A DNA stretch of 33,514 nucleotides from an uncultured Verrucomicrobiales bacterium (lineage in GTDB: Bacteria; Verrucomicrobiota; Verrucomicrobiia; Verrucomicrobiales; DEV007), in the NCBI GenBank assembly GCA_938091905.1, contig CALKOM010000159.1, positions 1-33,514 on the forward strand. Reading direction: 5' to 3'. Of the stretch, positions 29,759 through 33,514 are shown one piece after another. Position 1 is the first letter of the stretch, and every line of letters begins with the position of its first letter. A program made the translations under genes and the position numbers. The notes under the pieces are model-generated. The model worked only from the letters and a program-made list of their open reading frames with translations. It was not told the origin of the DNA and searched no databases.

Positions 29759-31336
29759 TTAGCCTTGGTAAGTGAAGGTGTCTTCCTGAGGTGTGTCGCC
29801 TTGTGCTAAGGTCACGTCGGGATCGTTGTGCGCAATGTGTATAAGGCTATGATAGACTTCCTCCGCCGTGGCGGTCTCGCCGGATTCGGTGGGCTCAAGA
29901 TGAGGGAGAATGTCGTCAGCGGCGAAGGCCTTGCCTGGCGAGGCTTGCAGGTGCGCCCGTGTCTGTTGAAGGAAAGCAATGAAGGCTTCGGCGGCGACTT
30001 TGCCAGCTTCCACACCTGGCTGATGGTAGGCATTGACATTCACAAGTACAGCATAGTAACCGACGGCGCGTTCAAATAAGGCAATGAGCGCGCCTACGCT
30101 ACGAGCGTCGACATTGGAGAGGCTGAGAGTCATCGAAGGGCGTTTTTTATCGGAAAGAGCACGTCGCGTGCCACGCAGGAACCCTTGAAGATAATCTCCT
30201 GCTCTACTCGACTCACGTCTGCCATCGGTGAAACTCTCTCGCACCTCGATGAACGTGACAAAGAAGTTGTTCACCCCGTCGCGCAGCTGTTGCACGTAGG
30301 CATGCTGATCGGTCGAGCCTTTGTTTCCATAAACGGCGATCCCTTGCTCCACGATCTTGCCGTCGAGGTCATGCTCCTTGCCGAGCGATTCCATGATGAG
30401 CTGCTGAAGGTATTTCGCCATCAGACTGAGGCGATCCTTGTACGGCAGAATGACCATGTCTTTCTTACCCACGCCATTGCCAGCAAAGTGCCACATCAGA
30501 GCCATCAACATGGCGGCATTGTCGGCGGTGTCGTCACTGCGGGTATGCGCATCCATGAGGCGGGCGCCCTCAAGAAAGGCGTTGATATCCAAACCCTGCA
30601 ATGCCATCGGCAAGAGGCCAACCACGCTTGTCACGGAGGTGCGCCCGCCAACCCAACCCGTCATGGCGAAGCGCTTGAGCCATCCGGCTTCTTTGGCGAT
30701 TTTGTCGAGCTTGCTGCCCACGCCCGTGACGGCGGCGGCGTGTTCTGCAAATTTCAGACCGGCAGCTGTATAGGCAGCCTGCGCTGCTTCCATGCCGTTG
30801 GCGGTTTCCTTCGTGCCACCGGATTTAGAGATGACGAGAGACAAGGTCCTGTCCAGGGAGAGATTACCTAACACACGTGCGTAGCCATCCGGGTCGGTGT
30901 TGTCTAGAAACTCAACGTGCATGGCGTCGGCATCACTCCCTAACGCATCCGCGATGAGCTGTGGGCCAAGGGCGGAGCCCCCAATGCCGATGACTAACAA
31001 ATGGGTGAACTTGCCAGAAGCATGCGTTTCTTTGGCAAACTCGAGGATTGATTGATTACACGAACCAATGTAGCTACGGATCTCTTCACCTAGGTTGTCT
31101 TTCTCTGGGGCGAGCGAGGCATCGCGTAGCCAGTAGTGACCGACCATGCGGTCCTCATCCACATTGGCCACGGCTCCTGCTTCGAGATCGCGCATGTACG
31201 TGTAGGCCCTAATACAGGCTGTGGACTGATCTTCTATATGACCCTTTGGGAAATGCATTTGGCTGATGTCGAGAGACACGCCAAGATCGGTATAACGAAC
31301 GAGATGTTGAGAATAGCGTTGCCAGGAGGATTCCAT
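29759..31336 (-). CDS. pgi: Glucose-6-phosphate isomerase
   Basis: IGIGGSALG, ISKSGGTKET, VGGRTSV, QQLIMESLGK, DQHAYVQQL and QPGVEAGK. Confidence 0.98.
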   Translation of the reverse strand: MESSWQRYSQHLVRYTDLGVSLDISQMHFPKGHIEDQSTACIRAYTYMRDLEAGAVANVDEDRMVGHYWLRDASLAPEKDNLGEEIRSYIGSCNQSILEFAKETHASGKFTHLLVIGIGGSALGPQLIADALGSDADAMHVEFLDNTDPDGYARVLGNLSLDRTLSLVISKSGGTKETANGMEAAQAAYTAAGLKFAEHAAAVTGVGSKLDKIAKEAGWLKRFAMTGWVGGRTSVTSVVGLLPMALQGLDINAFLEGARLMDAHTRSDDTADNAAMLMALMWHFAGNGVGKKDMVILPYKDRLSLMAKYLQQLIMESLGKEHDLDGKIVEQGIAVYGNKGSTDQHAYVQQLRDGVNNFFVTFIEVRESFTDGRRESSRAGDYLQGFLRGTRRALSDKKRPSMTLSLSNVDARSVGALIALFERAVGYYAVLVNVNAYHQPGVEAGKVAAEAFIAFLQQTRAHLQASPGKAFAADDILPHLEPTESGETATAEEVYHSLIHIAHNDPDVTLAQGDTPQEDTFTYQG

Positions 31337-31378
31337 GCGCTGTTCGTAGCAGAGGCTAGGGACAAGAGCAAACGCCCC

Positions 31379-31900
31379 TTAGCTCAAGGCGATGTCCACC
31401 ATGAGATCCTGGCTCACTTCCTCCAGATCTTCCTGGAGCTTCGCTAGGGCGACTCCGCTGGGCACCTGCAGACTTGCGGTGGCCTTAAAGAGCGTCTCGC
31501 CAGACATCGGCGCGCTTTCTGCCGTTGTCTCAATCTCTTCTACATTCACCCCGCATGCCGCGATGACTCGCGAAATTTGCTGCACAATGCCCGGCCGATC
31601 CGTGCCCACGAGTTCGAGCCGCACTCGCTGGGTTACGGTCGTCTCAGCCCTGCTCGCACCGAGCCGACTCGCGGTCACCTGCAAGCTGCCGTCGTGCACG
31701 CGATTCAGCGCCTGCACAAGCGCTTCGCGATGTGCTGAAGCGACCTCTACCTGCAAGATCCCAGCAAATTGCCCAGCCAACCGCGCCATCCGGCTCTCCA
31801 ACCAGTTCCCATGATGGTCCGCCACGATGGTGGCCAAGCGTTCCACAAGCCCCGGCTTGTCGGCGCCGATCACGGTAAGAATGACGGATTCGGTGTCCAT
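31379..31900 (-). CDS. Tandem ACT-domain protein, GcvR (glycine cleavage system regulator) family
   Basis: LTVIGADKPGLV...GNWLESRMARLAGQFAG and LELVGTDRPGIV...SAPMSGETLF. Confidence 0.9.
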   Translation of the reverse strand: MDTESVILTVIGADKPGLVERLATIVADHHGNWLESRMARLAGQFAGILQVEVASAHREALVQALNRVHDGSLQVTASRLGASRAETTVTQRVRLELVGTDRPGIVQQISRVIAACGVNVEEIETTAESAPMSGETLFKATASLQVPSGVALAKLQEDLEEVSQDLMVDIALS

Positions 31901-32022
31901 AGAGGGCCGAGCCTAAAGAGCCGTGGCAAGGCGTCCACTCGAAACGACTACCCAAGGACAGGCGCTTTCCATGCGCCTCATGCATATCCAGCGTTAGGAA
32001 CGCGCCGCTCCTTGGTATCTGC

Positions 32023-33339
32023 TTAGAGGAACTCGTTCACGAGATTCTCTAGCATCTCTTGGCGGCCACTTGGTGTCACGCCAGGCTCGCCGTTGGAGAG
32101 AACGTGCGCTTCCAACTCTTTGAAGCCGACTTCACCATTCTCGATCTGCTTACCAAGACCGCTATCATAACTCGCATAGCGCTCTGACACAAACTTGTCC
32201 AAACGACCATCCTCGATGATCGCGTGAGCCACTTTCAAGCCGCGAGCAAACGCGTCCATCCCACCAACGTGTGCGTGAAAGAGATCGACTGGCTCAAAGC
32301 TCTCGCGTCGCACCTTGGCGTCGAAGTTTAGGCCGCCCGTGGTAAAACCGCCCATCTTCAAGAGCGAGAGCATGATCTGCGTCGTCATGTAAATGTTGGT
32401 CGGAAACTGATCTGTGTCCCAGCCTAACATTTCATCACCAGTATTAGCATCGATCGATCCTAGCGCACCGGCAGCCGCAGCCACTTCAAGCTCGTGCTCC
32501 ACAGAATGCCCAGCCAAGGTGGCGTGGTTCGTCTCAATGTTAAGCTTCAGGTGATCCATCAAGTCATACTGACGGAGGAAATTCAAACAAGCCGCCGCAT
32601 CCGAGTCGTACTGGTGCTTCGTCGGCTCCTTTGGTTTGGGCTCGATGTAGAACTGACCATCAAAGCCAATCTCCTTGGCGTAGTCCACGGCCATGTGAAG
32701 AAAGCGCCCCAAGTGATCAAGTTCGCGACCGATGTTCGTGTTGAGCAAAGTTTGGTAACCCTCGCGACCGCCCCAGAACGTGTAGCCTTCGCCGCCGAGA
32801 CGTTTAGTCACTTCCATCGCCTTCTTAACCTGTGCCGCGCCATAGGCAAACACATCGGCATAGGGACTTGTCGCTGCGCCCTGATTGTAGCGAGGGTGCA
32901 CAAAGAGACACGCCGTGCCCCAGAGCAATTTTACACCAGTGCGCTGCTGCTCTTCTAGAAGCACATCGGCGACGGCATCCAGATTGGAATTCGACTCCGT
33001 CAAGGTCGCTCCTTCAGGAGCCACATCGCGGTCGTGGAAACAGTAATACTTGATACCCGTCTTTTCCATGAATTCGAAGGCCACGCGCACGCGGTTTTTC
33101 GCATTCTCCACATCATCGTTGGCCCCTTCCCATGGGCGGATCGCCGTTGGAACACCGAATGGATCAGAAAGGCCATTCCGAAGCGTGTGCCAGTAGGCCA
33201 TGGAGAACCGCAAATGCTCCTCCATTGTCTTGTCACCGACCTTCGCCGAAGCGTCGTAGTGCTTGAAAGCGAGGGGATTCTTGGAATCAGACCCCTCGAA
33301 AGGAATCACCGGCACGTCTGGAAAGAATTCAGATGACAT
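32023..33339 (-). CDS. xylA: Xylose isomerase (class II)
   Basis: [46 protein letters not shown] and NFDAKVRR. Confidence 0.99.
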   Translation of the reverse strand: MSSEFFPDVPVIPFEGSDSKNPLAFKHYDASAKVGDKTMEEHLRFSMAYWHTLRNGLSDPFGVPTAIRPWEGANDDVENAKNRVRVAFEFMEKTGIKYYCFHDRDVAPEGATLTESNSNLDAVADVLLEEQQRTGVKLLWGTACLFVHPRYNQGAATSPYADVFAYGAAQVKKAMEVTKRLGGEGYTFWGGREGYQTLLNTNIGRELDHLGRFLHMAVDYAKEIGFDGQFYIEPKPKEPTKHQYDSDAAACLNFLRQYDLMDHLKLNIETNHATLAGHSVEHELEVAAAAGALGSIDANTGDEMLGWDTDQFPTNIYMTTQIMLSLLKMGGFTTGGLNFDAKVRRESFEPVDLFHAHVGGMDAFARGLKVAHAIIEDGRLDKFVSERYASYDSGLGKQIENGEVGFKELEAHVLSNGEPGVTPSGRQEMLENLVNEFL

Positions 33340-33434
33340 CCCCGCATCATTTCGATGCTAAGAGGAAACTCAAGCAGAACTTGTCGCCCGTAGTTGCGAT
33401 CATCTGCAACGGTTTGTGCTAGACCAAATGGAGG

Positions 33435-33463
33435 TGGTAGAGGGGGTGGGATTCGAACCCACG
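33435..33463 (-). other. tRNA 3'-end fragment (T-arm, acceptor 3' strand, CCA), probable att site
   Basis: Minus strand C-GTGGG-TTCGAAT-CCCAC-CCCCTCT-A-CCA. The sequence 5' of it (33464-33514) has no anticodon or D arm. Confidence 0.75.
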
Positions 33464-33514
33464 ATTCGTTTCTCGGGGGAACCCCTTAAGGAGAAAACCC
33501 TATAAAACAAGCAC

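Noticed and set aside
27136..33336. Plus-strand ORFs opposite glnD, pgi, the ACT gene and xylA (for example 30185..30871)
   Set aside because: Shadow ORFs fully overlapping confidently identified genes.

Overview
A 33.5 kb bacterial chromosomal segment, most likely from Verrucomicrobiota (PVC superphylum). The assignment is inferred from protein families typical of that group. The right third is intact core metabolism on the minus strand: xylA, a GcvR-like ACT protein, pgi, glnD, and thiC with a TPP riboswitch. The window ends at a tRNA 3'-end fragment that looks like an integration scar. The left two thirds are accessory cell-surface and envelope genes: a NACHT-type NTPase fused to pentapeptide repeats, a ~2260 aa adhesin-like protein, two PQQ-like beta-propellers, an SDR, a double zinc-ribbon membrane protein divergent from a type IV pilin-like gene, an FG-GAP protein and a CAP protein. 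At least five decayed genes are interleaved among them. The most notable item is missed by the ORF track. Three ORFs at 9382-10953 are one reading frame interrupted by two UGA codons. The second UGA sits in a W-U-G-P-C thioredoxin active site and is followed by a SECIS-like hairpin, which predicts an exported jelly-roll/TlpA fusion selenoprotein. All calls were made by eye from motifs, and no searches were run.
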